Origin: the human T2T-CHM13v2.0 reference genome, Homo sapiens
Assembly (NCBI RefSeq): GCF_009914755.1
Contig: NC_060929.1
Direction: 5' to 3' (one strand)
DNA length: 64,000 nt
Position numbers and translations under genes: made by a program. Position 1 is the stretch's first letter. Each line of letters opens with the position of its first letter. Under the pieces are notes generated by a model, which saw only the letters and a list, made by a program, of their open reading frames with translations, was not told where the DNA came from and made no database searches. Of the stretch, positions 63,332 to 64,000 are shown piece by piece.

Positions 63332-63359
63332 TAAATAAATAAATAAATAAATAAATAAA
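63332..63359 (+). repeat. (TAAA)n microsatellite
   Basis: About 7 perfect TAAA units. Confidence 0.9.
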
Positions 63360-64000
63360 GGCAAATGTGAATATCAACTTAATCCTAGTGGTAGATATAC
63401 ACATATGTATTTATGCTATTATGTACTTTTCCATAGGTTTGCAATATTTCATAACTAAAAATCAAAATGAGCTAAGAAAAACATTAACTTATAGCACTTA
63501 TCACTACATTTAAAAGATGACATACTATTAGAGTTTAAAATCAAAAGCATCTTTTATTCATTAACTTTTAAATTGTTATTAATTTGTTTAATTAAATCCT
63601 TTCTTCCTCAAACTTCAGTAGACTATTTCAACGAACTCATGCTAAATCTTTATACTGCCTTAACAGTTCTAGATTTCAGCAACTTCAACTGGTTTCAGTC
63701 TTTCAACTTTTTCCCCACATAAAAGTGAAATTACTCCTGTGTGAGAGTATTCTAAGAGTGTTTTCTACTCTTGATACTTATTTCTAACCATTTTTTTCTT
63801 CACAGACTGAAAAAAAAGAGGGGCGGGGAGATTTCAGCATCCTACTTAGAAAATCTCAGTAGGATAAACCCAAATCAGTAGTTTTTTTTCCTAATAAGAA
63901 TACACTTTTTGTCAGTAACTAGACTAGTTTCTTTACTGTAAATCATCATATTCCCTAAGAAGAATACAGCAGTTGCTCGCTAGGGTTACAAAAGAAGGAT

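Overview
AT-rich hominid (most likely human) genomic DNA lying entirely inside AP3B1 (adaptor complex AP-3 beta-3A subunit), transcribed on the minus strand. Seven coding exons (16-22 by my recalled numbering, about aa 551-859) were located with GT/AG boundaries and splice into one open frame: end of the trunk, acidic Ser/Glu/Asp hinge and SLLDLD clathrin box. The introns hold a full-length but inactivated L1PA4-like LINE-1 (45989-52166), a full-length SVA (23794-26100), about 17 Alus, MER21C- and MLT1A-type LTRs, MER5A/MER3 DNA transposons and MIR/L2 relics. Most short ORFs in the track come from repeats or are random. The most interesting structure is the L1: it is antisense to AP3B1 at the trunk/hinge exon boundary and keeps an antisense AATAAA, the antisense-promoter region, the ORF0 start and both ORF0 splice donors, one in frame with exons 19 and 22 (a candidate 'gene-breaking'/ORF0-fusion locus). 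Also notable are in-frame exon modules flanked by inverted Alus, several motif-dense non-repeat intronic blocks (candidate long-range enhancers, possibly for neighbouring OTP), a 74-bp tandem duplication and a 23-bp-arm hairpin. No wholly new system is demonstrated; functional claims are hypotheses and repeat subfamily calls were made by eye.
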